Assembly: GCF_006345805.1 (NCBI RefSeq) | Contig: NC_042998.1 | Location: 185,256,001 to 185,320,000 of the forward strand | DNA: 64,000 bases | Direction of reading: 5' to 3' | DNA from: Octopus sinensis | Taxonomy: Eukaryota | Shown here: piece after piece, positions 12,643 to 27,359 of the stretch | How positions within the stretch are numbered: the first letter of the stretch is position 1 | Layout of the letters: each line of letters opens with the position of its first letter | Notes under the pieces: generated by a model | What the model was told of the DNA's origin: nothing | The model's database searches: none | The model's input: only the letters and a program-made list of their open reading frames with translations | Program-made: the position numbers and the translations under genes

Positions 12643-14490
12643 ACTTGAACAGAATGGGTGTAGAAAGACGAACCGAGGAACGAAAGATCAGTTATTAATT
12701 AATAAGCTAATCATCAGAAACTGCAAGAGAAGGTGCACAAATTTGAACATGGCATATAATAAAGCATATGATAAAATACTACCTTCTTGAATAACCAGCG
12801 CTATGGAAATGTATGGAGTAGCATAAAGCATGATAAGCCTTATATGGAATTGTATGAAATGGTGAGAACTGAATTAGCAGCAGGGTATCAGGCATTAGGA
12901 GAAGTGAAAATTAGGAGGGGAATCTTTCAGTGGGACAGTATAGCCTCATCGATCTTTGTACAAGAAATGTCACTCTTGTGTGAAATACTACGGAAGACAA
13001 AGTTGGGGTATGATGTAGGAAGAGGTAACGAGAAGCTTAATCACTTGTTATTTATGGACGATTTGAATTGTTCACAAAAAAGAGGCAGAACTGAACAGTA
13101 TAGACCATTCTGTGCGGATTTTGTTGAATGATATCAAGATACTTTGGACTTTCAAAATGTGCTGTGATGGTGAGACGAGGATAATGTGTCAGAACAGAAG
13201 GCATATGTATGCTAAGTGGTGAAATGATGAAGGCAATTGAACCTGAATCCGGATATAGATACTTGAGAATGCTTGAGGCAGATAGAATTAAGCATGATTA
13301 TATGAAAGGAAAGCCAAGGAAAGAATATCTGTAGCGATTGAGAAAGATATTGGATTCAAAGTTGAATGCCGGAAACATAATTTCGGAAATGAACTCGCGC
13401 GCAGTTTCGCTGGTTCGGTATGGAGCTGGAATTTTGTTGAGAATAGACGATGAGCTAAAGGCGTTGGATAGGAAGGCAAAAAAGTTATTAACCATGCATA
13501 GAGTTCATCATCCACGTGCAGACATTGATCGTCTATACATGAAGAGAGAAAATGGAGCAAGGTGGATGATAACTGTGGAAGATTGCGTGCATATGGAACA
13601 TGAGAACTTGCTGGCCCAAAATTAGGAAACTTTATTAGTAGAAGTTAGAGATGTGGGTATAATAAAAGCAGTAAAAAAGAACAAGAGACTGCACAATCAA
13701 TTCTATGTAGCCACAAATGCAGATGCTGAAGAACATAGGTGGTACTTGTTAAAGAAAGAAAACTTAATAACAAGGCTGAGAGCTCTATATTTGCTGTGCA
13801 AATCCAAGCTTTGACCACAAATTGGAGAGTCAACCTTAGGAATGAGCAAGTTTCTCCATTGTACCGATTTTGTAATGAATTTGACAAAACCATTGCTCCT
13901 ATTGTGAATGAATGCTCTCGACTCGCCCAAAACCAGTATAAGTTATAGTGAAAGTGCTGCATTGGAAACCGCATGAAAACTAGGGGTTAGAGATGGAAAA
14001 CAGGGTATGAACTTAAACTAGAGAGAGTGGCTGAGTCAGAGACCTGCAAAACTCTGTGAGATTTTGCACTCCAGACCGGGTGCTTGAGAATAAGCCGGAC
14101 CTAGTGGTAGTGGACAAGGTGAACCAAATGTGTTCTAAAATTGGTGCTGCATGCCTCTTTAATCCAGGATGAGTTAAGGAAGGCGAAAAAAAAAGGCATA
14201 CACAATCCTCTTAGATACAAAATAGCTCAACTGTTGAAAATGGAAAAGATTAAGATAATGCCATTTATTGTTGGGGCCCTGGAGACAGTTTCAGAAGATA
14301 TTAAGAGGTATATAAAGGAAATGGGAATAGAGTGCTCAGTACGAGCTGTTGCACAAAGTTTGCCTCCTTAGCACGGCCAGAATTATCTGCAAAGTATTAG
14401 ATAGTTGAAGAGAATAGATAGCATAGTACTGTAAGCTGCATGTTGCAAGCCCGCTACTCATGTTAATCTCCAAGAGTTCTAACAAAACCT
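12643..14490 (+). mobile_element. degenerate R4/Dong-like LINE: RT, zinc knuckle and REL remnants
   Basis: [60 protein letters not shown] across ORFs 12602-14371; many frameshifts. Confidence 0.9.
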
Positions 14491-16104
14491 GAATTACAAA
14501 AAAAAAATAATTCATTTTAATTTAGGTACAAAACCAGCAATTTTAAGGAGAAGGAAGGGGAAATTCGATACTTTGGCCACGGAGTCTTTATCGACTCCGA
14601 AAGGACGAAATGTAAAGTTGATGACCCAAAGTTAGGACACTTTATTAGTAGCAGTTAGAGAAGAGGATATAATAAAGGCAGGGAAAAAGAACAAGAGACT
14701 ACACAATCAATTCTATGAAGCCACAAATGAAGATGCTGAAGAACATAAGTGGTACTTGTTAAAGAAAGAAAACTTAAAAACAAGGCTGAGAGCACTATAC
14801 CAGCAATTTTAAGGGGAAGGAAGGGGAAATTCGATACTTTGGCCACGGAGTCTTTATCGACTCCGAAAGGATGAAATGTAAAGTTTATCGCAGAGGAATT
14901 TGAGTTCAGAGTGTAAAAAGCTAAAACAAATATCGGAAGGCATTTCGTCCAAAATAATTAATAACCAACGCCCGAAAATCAAGAACAGATATAACAATTT
15001 TATTTCCATTCTATTTCTTCTAACAGCCATCCTTATTTTAAAATAATCTTTCATTTTCATAAGGAGTGGCAGAAAAATCACCACTAACTTAACGAGTTAT
15101 CGTTCCTATAAATTTTATTTTGTTTTTTGTTTTGTTATTTTCTGTTGATCACGTGGCAGTTTATTGAACAATATTCTTTTTTTTTTTTCTTTAAGTTATC
15201 ATCTAAATATTTTTTTGACTCAAAATCATTTTTAAAGAAATATTTCTATGCTTAAAAAAAAAGAAGGATTAAGATAAAAATAAAGAATATAAGAGGGGCA
15301 ATCCTATTTTTTGTTCCTGCTTTCTCATATTTTCTCCCTCATTCCCTCCTTCCGACATCTCTCTCTCCATCTCTCTCCCTTTCTCTATCTCTCTCCCTTT
15401 CTCTCTCTCTCTCACTCTCTTTCGCTCCCCCCTTCTATCCTTTGTTTTCTATTTATGTCGTTTGCGTTTATTTTCCTTTTTGAATTATAATTTTCGATTT
15501 TAAACATTTCGTTATAATTGAAGGCATACATAAAAGCTCACACACGGATACACACACACACACACACACACAACACACACACACACACACAAACAAACAA
15601 ACACACACATACACACACACATACATATAAATATAAAATACAATGTATATACATTGTATAGTTATATATATATATAACCTTTTAGTGCACTTTGTATGAG
15701 TATGAGAGTGAATGTGTGAGTAAATTAGTAAAAGGATATCAGTCGCTTTCGACGATGAGTATTTCTGTTATTTCATCAACAGAAGTACCTACTCATTGAA
15801 TTAATAAGTGGTTAAGTATTCGTCAAATGCTTATAATTTTAACACAATTCTCAGTCAGAATCAGTGTTGTTTTCTTGCGAAACATGGTGTGACAAGGCAG
15901 AGCCTTTGAATTAGAAGTACAGTCCATTTGATGGACTTCTAGAGAATTGGTGTCAACCCGATTCCACTACAAGACCTATGGCTTCTGGCAGAAAACATTT
16001 GCCAATGATGCCGCGAACATACATAAACATACGCACGCTCACACGCGAGCGCTCGCACACACATACGTCTGTGTGCGTGCATATGTATGTATGTATGTTG
16101 TATG

Positions 16105-16135
<31 letters not shown>

Positions 16136-16249
16136 GTATGTATGTATGTATGTATGATAGATAGATAGATAGATATTGATAGATAGATAGATATAGGTGC
16201 AGGTGTGACTGTGTGGTAAGAAGTTGTTTTCCGGATACAGACACACACA

Positions 16250-16334
<85 letters not shown>

Positions 16335-17479
16335 ATATATATATATATACATACATATATATATATATATAATATATATAATATTATATATATATATATA
16401 CATATACACGCACAGATGCGTGTATGTGTGTGTGTACATATATATATACAAATACATACAGAAACATGTATGTGCATATGTATACATACATACCACACAC
16501 ACATACATACATATATACATATATACGTATATTTGTATCTGCGCTTCCTAGTTTCTCGCACCTTACGCACAAACCTACCTTTCATCTAACTCTTTATTAG
16601 CGTTGTGGATGCCGCTAATGTTTTATTTACATATTCACCATATTTGCCGTCCTATCATGCTTTGTTTTGCTATTTATTTGGTTATTCTTGTTGCTACTGC
16701 AATTGTTGCTGTTATTTTGTTGTTGCTTTGTTGTTGTTTTCATTTGTTCCTGTTTTTTTTTTTTGTTTTTTTCAATATGACAATCCCTTTCTTAACTCTT
16801 CTCTACATCGCCAACATCTACCGGAATGTTCTTTTATTCCCTCCATCGCTATTTTCTATTTCTATCGGTACATCAGCCAATGTTCAATATTGACGCTTGC
16901 AAAATACTGACATTTTTAGGCTATTTTACAATATTTTTCTCCTCTCCTTCCCTCTCATCTTCTCTCCTCCTTCCCCGCCCCCACCATTCCCTCTCTAAGT
17001 CATTCTACCAATCACTTTTATTCTACTTTCACTTTCGTTTTTGTTTCTTTTTTTCTTTCTTTTTCCTTTTTCAAATTTACTCCTCCTATTCGATCTTCTT
17101 TAGCTTCCTTTAGACTTTCTTCTTCTTCTATTTCTTCCTCTTCTTCTTCGTCTTCTTCTACTACTACTACTACTACTACTATTTATAATATTAATAATAA
17201 TAATACTATTACTACTACAACTTTTACTCTCTCCCTCCCTTCTCTCTCATTTTTCACTTTCTCTCTTTCCCCTCCTCTCTCTCCTTCTCTCCTTCTTTCG
17301 CTCTCTCACTCTCTGTCCTCTCTCTCTGTCGCCCTCTCTCTTTCTCCCTCTCTCTGTCCCCCCTCTCTCTCCTCTCTCTCTCCATTCTGCTCTCATAGGG
17401 TCAGAGTTCTTTGTTTCTTATATTAAGTAATTTCAGCTTTAGCTTGCTTTTTCTTTACAACTTCCTGTTTCCTTGTATA

Positions 17480-17850
17480 TCGAACTTTATCATCATCCTC
17501 ATCAGTATTATCATTACCGCCTCCACTATAATCATCATCATCATCATCATCATCAACAGAAAGACGGTAATCATTGTCATCATCAATCATCCATACCACT
17601 ACCACCACCACCACCACCATCATTACCTCCAGTAACACCACCCCATAACCGTCATTATTGTCACCATCACACCATCACCATCATTGCCACCACCGCCATC
17701 ACTATTACCATCACCATTACCATTACCATCATTATGATCACCACCACTATCACCTCCACCACCACCACCACCACCACCATCACCAAGATTATGATCAGTC
17801 GTAGTTGTCGTCATGGTCGTCGTAGTCATCATTATCATTCTCATCCTCAT
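17480..17850. repeat. compound (CAT/CAC)n trinucleotide microsatellite
   Basis: Directly visible. Confidence 0.9.
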
Positions 17851-18219
17851 CATAGCTTTAGTTCTATTCGATTTTTCCCTTCTACAATAGTGTGTGTGAG
17901 TGCGCGCACGTGTATGTACATATTTATGTATGTATGTATATATGTATGTATACACTATATATATGTATGTATGACTATATATATATGCGCTTGAATAAAC
18001 CTGTATGTATGTATGTAGTATGTATGAATATACATATTTGCTTATGTTACTGTGTGCACACATACATACGCATGTATATACATATATTCATGGATAAATA
18101 CATCCATCCAGCCATCCATCTATCCATGTATACGTGCGCGCGCTCACACACGTTTATGCGAATATAGGGTCTATGCTTGATTTCTTTTTAAGAAAGAAAT
18201 CCTATACATTAATGTGTTT

Positions 18220-18220
<1 letters not shown>

Positions 18221-18280
<60 letters not shown>

Positions 18281-18317
18281 GGATGGATGGATGGATGGAT
18301 GGATGGATGGATGGATG

Positions 18318-18389
<72 letters not shown>

Positions 18390-18404
18390 TACAGATAGAT
18401 ATAC

Positions 18405-18449
<45 letters not shown>

Positions 18450-18468
18450 TAGATAGATAGATAGATAG
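18221..18468. repeat. (GATA)n/(GGAT)n microsatellite
   Basis: Directly visible. Confidence 0.95.
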
Positions 18469-19105
18469 GTATGTGTATACATACGCGCGCACAGACATGT
18501 ATATCATGGATGGATGTAAGCTTTTATGTATGAATATATGAATGTATGTGTATATGTGTCTGTATGACTTTGTGTATGATTGTTTTATGTGTCTGTATGT
18601 CTTTGTATGTGAACGTATATTATATAAAGTATAGCAAAAATGAAATAGGAACATGTACAGCCGTCTTCATTCCAATAAGTAATCCATCATTTTTAGAAAA
18701 AAAAAAAATTTTAAAAGACGTATAAAAGAAAAAGAGCAATAGAAATATATTTTTAAACAAAAAAAAAAGCATAAGACAAACAACGAACAAAAGAGAGAAA
18801 AAAAGATCGAATTTAAGTAAAACGCCACAATAATTCAAAACTCATTCGAGTGCAAGTAACTATGACAACTCAGGCTTCACTGAGCGCGAACATCGACGTT
18901 CACTCAAACAGAGCTACGTCAACGGTGTGCCCACATTGGCGTATAGGTTTCGTCAACACTGAAGTATATATACATAACACAATGACACATATAAACACAC
19001 ATATACATATACATATACACATATACATAACATGCATCACTGAGTGTATGGGGGTGATATGTATATGGATATATTACTTTATATGTAACATGTGTATAGT
19101 CTAAG

Positions 19106-19136
<31 letters not shown>

Positions 19137-19196
19137 TAATATATATCAATATGTATGTATATATATAACATATATATATAATATATACATATATAT

Positions 19197-19261
<65 letters not shown>

Positions 19262-19444
19262 TTATGTAATGATGTATGTATGTATGTATGTATATATGTA
19301 TGTATATATATATTATTCATAAATTTCGTTTGTACACATTTTCATAATATCTGAACACGTATAAATATTTTGTGCCTCATTCCGTATTGAATTTACACAC
19401 GCACATACATACATTCATATATAAATATATGCAATACGTGATCT

Positions 19445-19483
<39 letters not shown>

Positions 19484-19608
19484 TGTGTCTGTGTGTTATA
19501 CATATATTCATATACATGAAGGAAAATATTCTTATTCTTTTATTTATACATATATTTAGCTGAGTACAGAAAAATTATATATGTGCATATGTGTTCAAGT
19601 ATGTATGC

Positions 19609-19669
<61 letters not shown>

Positions 19670-20149
19670 TATATAATGTATGCATGTATGTATGTATATG
19701 TGCATACACAGACACACACACACATATATATATATACATATACATATATGAACATGTGTATTTCATATGTATACATACATACAAATAACATGTGTGTGTG
19801 TGTGGTGTGTGTGTGTGGTTTGTATGTGCGTATGTGTGTGAAAGAGAGAGTTTCTTTGGGATTTATTTTAAGTTTCCTCCTTTGACGATTTCAATAAAGC
19901 AATAACAAAGTCACTAACAAAACAGCAAGTTCTTTCGTTTAAGTCAATATAGCTCTTGGGGTTTGTGGTTATCTGAAATGACTGACGTACTCATAAGTGT
20001 GCGCATGTTGTGTGTATGTGTGTGCATGCTTCTAAACTTGCACTCGTGAGTGTGTTTATCACGACAGAACACAAATGTGTATGTTTCATTTAGTTTTTAT
20101 GTGTGTCCATTCATAAGTATTTTATATGTCTATGTGCTTGTCTACATAT

Positions 20150-21780
20150 GGTCACCACCGAATTACCTCAGATGGGGTATCCCTGTAATGTTTTACGAAT
20201 TTTCACTGTTCCTATCATCGATTGTATCTGGAGAATGTGAATCAGTCTGCTCTGTTCTATTCTTAAAGAATCCAAGCACTTCTAGCTTTCTATGCAGATC
20301 TGTTGTTACCCAGCCCAGTGCATCGTTGACGATACGAAAAGATGAAAATCGTTGAACTGGATATAATAGCTATAGGTTTTCATCAGTTCTCCTTTTTAAA
20401 ACCTGGGATCCATATTAAACGGAGGTATGGATGCAGAGGCATAAGATCAGTTCAGATGGCCTTTGGGAGCCGCATCGTGTCACTTACAGAACTCTTACAG
20501 AACAGTAAAGAGGTAAATAAATACATCACCCGTATTCTCAACAGTGTCGGTAATAACACCATATGTTCAGGCGAACCCCAGTACAAGTACTTTGAGTTCA
20601 CTGCTGCTACGGACTGATCTATTTAAGCAGAGACTTGGAACAGAAATACTCATCTTACCAGCAGGAAATTATGCATGGGTACATATCCTGTATGCTAGAG
20701 AATGCTAGCAATATTTACAGGAAGAGCAGCCCTCTCCTGGATTTGTCAAAAGTACATCACGTCACACTTAGAGGTCTATGCCTTTGCTATCCAAGAACAA
20801 GCGACACCTACTAAACACCTGATCAAAAAAAAATAAAGGGAGATGAGGGTACCTCTAAAACTTTATGTTGTGATAGAAAGTGTCAATAGTTGTTACATTT
20901 ACTGCTGAATATGCAAGTGATGTACTCATTTCTCTTGTTGTCTTAAGTGACACGATGCAGCATTTAAAGCTCAGACGATCTGGTCTTATGTCTATACTTC
21001 TATCCCTCCGTTTAACATAGATCTTGTTAGTGTCAATGATGATATGGCAGTTGCCTGTGGTTCGTATGTTCCTCGTCCTAGGTTCCAAGTTGTGGATTTC
21101 TTCAAGTGTACCAGATGTTGGTACTAGCACCAGCATTGCGAAAGCACTGTGGGGTATAGTATTTATTGTTGAATGTAGATAGTTCTGGCATCCGTATCTT
21201 CCGAAGTCTGTTAAAAAATTCTTTTGTCACTCTTGCTTTACTCACAGTACAACATATGAGTTATTTTCGTCGATTCTAAAATTCTGGTAATACCTATTAC
21301 TGGCGATAAGGAAGACAGACTCCTGATACCCATATTTCTTGCCTGATCGACAATCTTTACTCGCTTAAGTACCAAATATGAGCACTTGTCCTGATCAAAT
21401 TCCATTCCTAAGTCCTATGAGAATGTTGTGACCAGTTCTAGCTGCTCCTTGGTGTCATGAATATTACTGAAGTACAGTTTAATGTCCTCGTCAAAAGAAA
21501 ATTCGGTGAAATTAATCTTTCTTTCATCTACAGAGCCTATCGTAAGGGCTTTGCATATTCTCGATAAGGCTTATGAGTGGTTCACTGCAAAGACGAAAAG
21601 CATTACAGATAAGTTGTCAAACTTAAATATTCCTGTTGATAGATTATTGCTATTACTGACAATAATGATAGCTTCAGTTCTTAGCAATAATTCTGTGGAC
21701 CTTGTTGTTGTTAATCCCTTAATGACATTGATTATAACAGATGAAACCTTAGAAAAATGTAGTGACTCTATTACCCGTGA
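20150..21780 (-). mobile_element. old REL-type (R4/NeSL-like) LINE, RT region
   Basis: The antisense of ORF 21482-21784 reads TGIFKFDNLSVMLFVFAVN...SFDEDIKLY...EQLELVTTF...GMEFDQDKC, i.e. degenerate GIFQGD and FxDD RT motifs. Confidence 0.7.
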
Positions 21781-21914
21781 GTAAGGAACAGAATGAAATG
21801 CCTTATAGTCGAGCCGTATCCAACATGGAAGTGTTGGTTGGATATTTGTTACATGATGTCACTCGATTATGTGCATATTTATCCCTAGCACTTTCAAATT
21901 TTATAATTGGAAAT

Positions 21915-21977
21915 ACTATACTGAAGAGAGAAGTAAGTAAAATTTAAATCACTTTAATCTCGAAACGCGTATATAGT
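21915..21977 (+). ncRNA. type I minimal hammerhead ribozyme motif (Penelope-type)
   Basis: Stem I ACTATA/TATAGT; CTGAAGA; stem II GAGA..TCTC; GAAA; palindromic stem III CGCG; GUA cleavage triplet (cut after 21971). Confidence 0.75.
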
Positions 21978-22252
21978 TAATCCTGGTCGTGATGATTCAT
22001 TGTTTTTCCCTTTCCCTTCGTAAAATAGTATGTTATCGTCATGGAGATTCTTACAGTAGCAGAAAAGGAATTTTAACTCCTATTTCTATGTGGTGAAGCA
22101 ATTAGCTGAACCCTAATTATAATTATGTTTATAATTATAAAATATTTTTATAATTTTACCTATTAAGGTTATTTTAACGTACCGATCTACTTGGTGAAAT
22201 TTTAATTAATTGATTAATTAATTAATAAAATTTACCCTTTTATTATTAATTT

Positions 22253-22329
<77 letters not shown>

Positions 22330-23539
22330 TGCATATATGGGTACAGGACATCATGAAACGTGTACAACAAAAATACGAAGTACGAGTACATGGAATATGA
22401 ACTACTTTTTCGAACAACGAAAGACACAAACGGAAAACAAGACAAACAACACAAAGAACGACCCTTCATCAGTTGTTGGCTCTTTTTCTACTCTCGTATT
22501 TCGAGCATTTAACAACAAGATACGCTTTTCACTTTCTCTCCTTCCCTCATCCTCCCTTGCTTACGTGGCCATCTTTCTTCTCCTAACTCTCTTCTTTTCT
22601 CTCCGTTGTAGCTAGATCAAGGAAGGCGTGTTCTTGTCTGTCTCCTGGTCGGCCTGAGGCTATAGTAGAAGACACTTGCCTAAGGTGCCACGCAGTGGGG
22701 CTGAACCCAGAACCATGTGATTGGGAAGCAAGCTTCTTACCACACAGCCACGCCTGCGCCTTTGTTAATGTTAATGATGAAGATTTGTTTGAATTTTGTT
22801 AAGTGTTCTTTCGGTTGTTTGCCTTCTTCACTCACTACTTCTATTTGTTCTTAATCGGATACTGCTCGCTCGTATAATAGCAGCATGTTCGTCTTAGTTC
22901 TATCGTTATTACATCCGAACAAGATCTGTATTGCTTGCCCTCTTCCCAGAACAATTCACTGTAGGATTCGACTCTTATTTGCTGTGTGATGATCTATGGG
23001 AATAACAGCTACTTTTCTCCTCAACAAAAGTTGTCTGTTATCGTAGTTGCTTCGCACTGGAGTTCGAGTAGTTGGGGGTATTTTTGATCCCAGAAGAATG
23101 TAGAGGTTTGGAGGTGTGGAATTATGGAATCATACTGTCATTATAGCTATTTCTTTACTACCCACAAGGAGTTAAACACAGAGGGGACAAACAAGGACAG
23201 ACAAACGGATTAAGTCGATTACATCGACCCCAGTGCGTAACTGGTACTTATTTAATCGACCCCGAAAAGATGAAAGGCAAAGTCGACCTTGGTGGAATTT
23301 GAACTCAGAATGTAGTGGCAGACGAAATACCGCTAAGCATTTCGCCCGACGTGCTAATGATTCTGCCGGCTCGCCGCACTTTATACGGTCATTATAGCGT
23401 AGCAACTTCAATAATATTTGTAAAATGGCTCAGACATAAAATGAAACAGACAGGAATGTTATACGTCAACAAGTAAAAAGTATTTTACAAATAATAGAAT
23501 GGCTAAATATGGTCTAATACATTATCTATTAGGAAGGTG

Positions 23540-23800
23540 GAACCAAATTATTCTATAGGGTACATGTCAGGTGATTTACCGTGACAACATAACAAGTTGG
23601 TGTAAATATCAGAAAACCAGGTAGTAGTTGTTTTGAAACTGTGTGCAGGTGCTAAATTCTGCTGAAACAAAGATTCCGCATCAACAAATAGTCTGTTTGA
23701 TGGAAGTATGAAAACGACTTGATAGACCGCTGCGTTGAGTGTGACACCGAAGAAACACAATGGTTTGACACGTACATATGACATAGCAGCTCAAGCCATC
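23540..23800 (-). pseudogene. Tc1-like transposase fragment
   Basis: LFQQNLAPAHS...TTWF...SPDMYPIE (Tc1 QDNAP / SPDLNPIE motifs). Confidence 0.75.
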
Positions 23801-24889
23801 ATTGGTTACAGAAATTTGACACTGGACTTCAAACAGATGGGGTTGCAGTTTGGAAGAGGGCTACACAGGCAGAGAGCTCCATCTGTTTAAAGATATGTAA
23901 TGAACTAAGTTCTAAATCATCTCCCTTTAATATCAAATGCCACAGCATGCAGATTATAAAATTGTAGGGAGGTAAACATACGGAAGTTACCATTAGGTCT
24001 AGAGGAGACTTGGGAGAAAAGGTAAGAAAGAGGAGAGGAAAAGAATGATTGCACAATATAGGTGTAGATGGGATGCGGTGACGTTGTATCTTATCTTAAC
24101 AAATTTCCTTCAAATCACAGCCTACTTGTTTTTAAAATATAATAGAAGCAGCTTTGGATAATTTAGTTTTTGATACATTATGCCTTCAAAAAGACATGTG
24201 GTCACTTTAAAATGCTTTTGATATTTGGTTTGTTGACCCAAGCTTGCCTGGAGACTAAACAATAATAGAGCTTAGAGTACTACATTTGTGAAGACCAAGT
24301 TTGCATAGATTTTTATGCATTTATATAAAGTGAGCTCTTTGATGGCATATGTATGAGTGTGTGCATGTAAGAGAGAGGGGGAGAAAGGGAGAGAGAAAGA
24401 AAGAGATAGACAGACAGACGGTGGGTGAGTGCGAGAGAATGTCTATGAGTGTGTATTTGTTAGTTATGGAACGTGGCGTAGATGGAGATGGTATAACTAT
24501 TTGTAATCGATTTAGTATTTCTCAATGCTTTACCCTTGCAGAAAACTTTCTTTATACTTGTATTCATGAATGCCTATTCAGAGGTACACGTGACTACATA
24601 AACAAATGGACGAAAATACAGACACACGTAGACATACAGGCACAGACACACACAGACGAATAAGCACAGACATATTGCATGTATGTGATCTTTCTTTGTG
24701 CATATAAATATTTACAGACAACAGATGCACATAAATATGCACAATATTTGACTCTGAAATACTGCACAGATATACACACATACCATGTGTATGTGTATGT
24801 GTGTGTGTGTGTGGCGGCGCACGTATACACAGGAACAAAACACATTTTGTCATAAATATGCACATGCACACAAGCGCGGAAACATATAG

Positions 24890-24985
<96 letters not shown>

Positions 24986-26929
24986 TATATAGATATATAG
25001 TATACAAATAGCTGATACATACCATAGATGGAGACAGTGAAAAACCTAATCATACACGTATACACACACACTTTCACCACACACAGAACGGTTATACACA
25101 AGTACACACTTAGATGCAGTTGCATACACATATTATCCACGACCATAGACATACACACAGCTGCAGACACAGACACACAACACACGCGCATCGCTATACA
25201 CATTCATATATTCATACAACTGCATATAGATGCTTACACACATACATAAGGAGAGACCCAGTCAAATACGCGACTCAGAAGTACATGTATAGCTATACAC
25301 ACATGAACACGAACACACTTTCAACCTAGGCAAGCTATATACACATAAACATGTGCGCACCGGCTTAGCTATACACATGGAGACATACACAGCAAGACAT
25401 GTAGCTATATTCACGTACATACGCACACTCTAATACGTTTCACATTTACATCAATCACTTACGCAGTTGTACGCGCACATACATATACATACGCAGTCTG
25501 CATGTTTAACTATATCATCAAGCAAGACATTAGGTCTGCGTACCCACGTTAATAATGGTTAACGGCCGTGGTGTATTCTTTGTTCCACCATTTCGCCAAA
25601 AGACATTTTGAAGCATCTGAAGTCACATGTGACCTTGTTATCAACCATACAGAACATAATGATAAAAATAAAATATGAATGAATAAATAAAAACACTATT
25701 TTCTTTAAACGGCGAAAGAACTGTTGAAGAGTGGAGCAAATTTTGACGGATAAATATGGCGAACGTGACATCAAAGACTTCGAAAGAATCCATAAAAAAA
25801 GAAAAACTACATCACATTATTGGAAATACAATGAAGACATGTTGACTTGTTATTGCTTCCTGTTGAAATGAAAATGTATGGAAAGAACTGTGTATGGCTT
25901 TAGATGTAGTTAGAACCCCTTCAAACAACAGCAAAATAATTTTAGAAAAAGACAAGCGAAAAAAAGAAGAGTAAGATTTTGTTCTTTGATTTTTATATTT
26001 TTATCTCGTTGCCAACGGTAAAAAGTGACTTTTAATACGAATTCAAAGAACTAAAATATTTGCCGTTCAATTTCCTCACCAAGTGATGGCATCATTAAGA
26101 CGGATGGCGCAGCTTAGTTGGTGTTCTTGTTACTGTGTGTGTGTGTGTGTATGAAGGAATGTGTGTTTGTCTGTGTGTGTATGTGAATTTGTGTACTTGT
26201 GTGTGTATGTGTGTCTGTGTGTCTGTGTGTGTGCTTGTATATGAGTGCGTTTGTGTGTGTGTATGTGTGTACGTGTGTTTGTGCGTGCATGCACGAGTGT
26301 GTGTATGTGTGTGTACGTGTGTGTGTCTGTGTGTACGTGTGTGTGTGTGTGTGCATTGCTATTGCTGGTTTATGTGCTGCTGCAGCAGCAACAGTAGTAA
26401 TAGTAGTGGTAGTAGTAGTAGTAATAGTAGCAGCAGCAGCAGTAGCTGTTGTTACACTTCTCCTTCTTCTTCTTCTTTTTCTTTTCTTCTTCTTCTTCTT
26501 CTTCTTTTTCTTCTTCTTTTTCTTCTTCCTGCTCATGCGCCCATTGTATGTTTATCTAAGAAACCATTACGATTCTTTCTTACAATTGTCTCTTATGATC
26601 TGTTGTAACACAACCTGAAAATGTCCAGTGAATCTGTTAAATGGAAGGTGCCACAATTGATAATTCTAACTGCATGAATGTGTGAAAGGTACAACATGAT
26701 ACAATGAGTCTTTCTCCTTAAAAGAACACTGGAAGCAATAATCACAGGAACATTCATCGATGAATTTCGGAAAATGTTGCCACCACTCGAAAAAAAAGCT
26801 TCTATCTATACTGACTTCAGTTCAAAAATATATTTGCCATGCTATGTATGTATAAATGTATGTAAGTCTGTATGAATGTATGTGTGTATATATGTATGTA
26901 TGAATGTATGTGTGTATATGTATGTATGT

Positions 26930-27205
26930 GGGGATCATCTTTACTTTGTTATCTCCCCTACTTCTTCGCTCTCCTGTGTGACCCTTCTGTCCGGCAGTCG
27001 CCATGATAGATTGCTAGCCACTACACACATTTTTTCTCTCCTTGTTTCTCTCCTTGTTTTTCTTGTGTTCCTTTCTGTAGAAGAGCGTAGGCTCGAAACG
27101 TAAAAGACTTTTTCAATTCCTGAGCATTATACTAATACGTCTGTTTCTTTTCTACACCACCTGTCTTCGTCTTTTGTTTGTTTTTTTTCGTGAATTCTCC
27201 CCCTA
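26930..27205 (+). mobile_element. Penelope-like terminal-repeat relic with a hammerhead-like motif at 27071-27106
   Basis: CTTT-CTGTAGAA-GAGC(GTAG)GCTC-GAAA-CG-TA-AAAG. Confidence 0.5.
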
Positions 27206-27359
27206 TGTATGTGTGTATGTATGTATATATTTGTGTGTGTATGTATGTATATATGTGCGTATGTATGTATACGTGTATGTATATATTGCATTGTATTGTA
27301 TGCATTGTATGTATGTATGTATGTATGTATGTATGTATGTATGTGTGTATGTAGGTATG

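Noticed and set aside
18850-18965. CpG-containing unique island (also 25560-25860 and 40050-40260) as exons or enhancers
   Set aside because: No splice-compatible reading frame or recognisable motif; conservation or expression data would be needed.
22330-22640. Minus-strand CUGAUGA and GAAA boxes suggesting another hammerhead
   Set aside because: The stems and the NUH triplet could not be placed in register; at most a decayed Penelope-like repeat.
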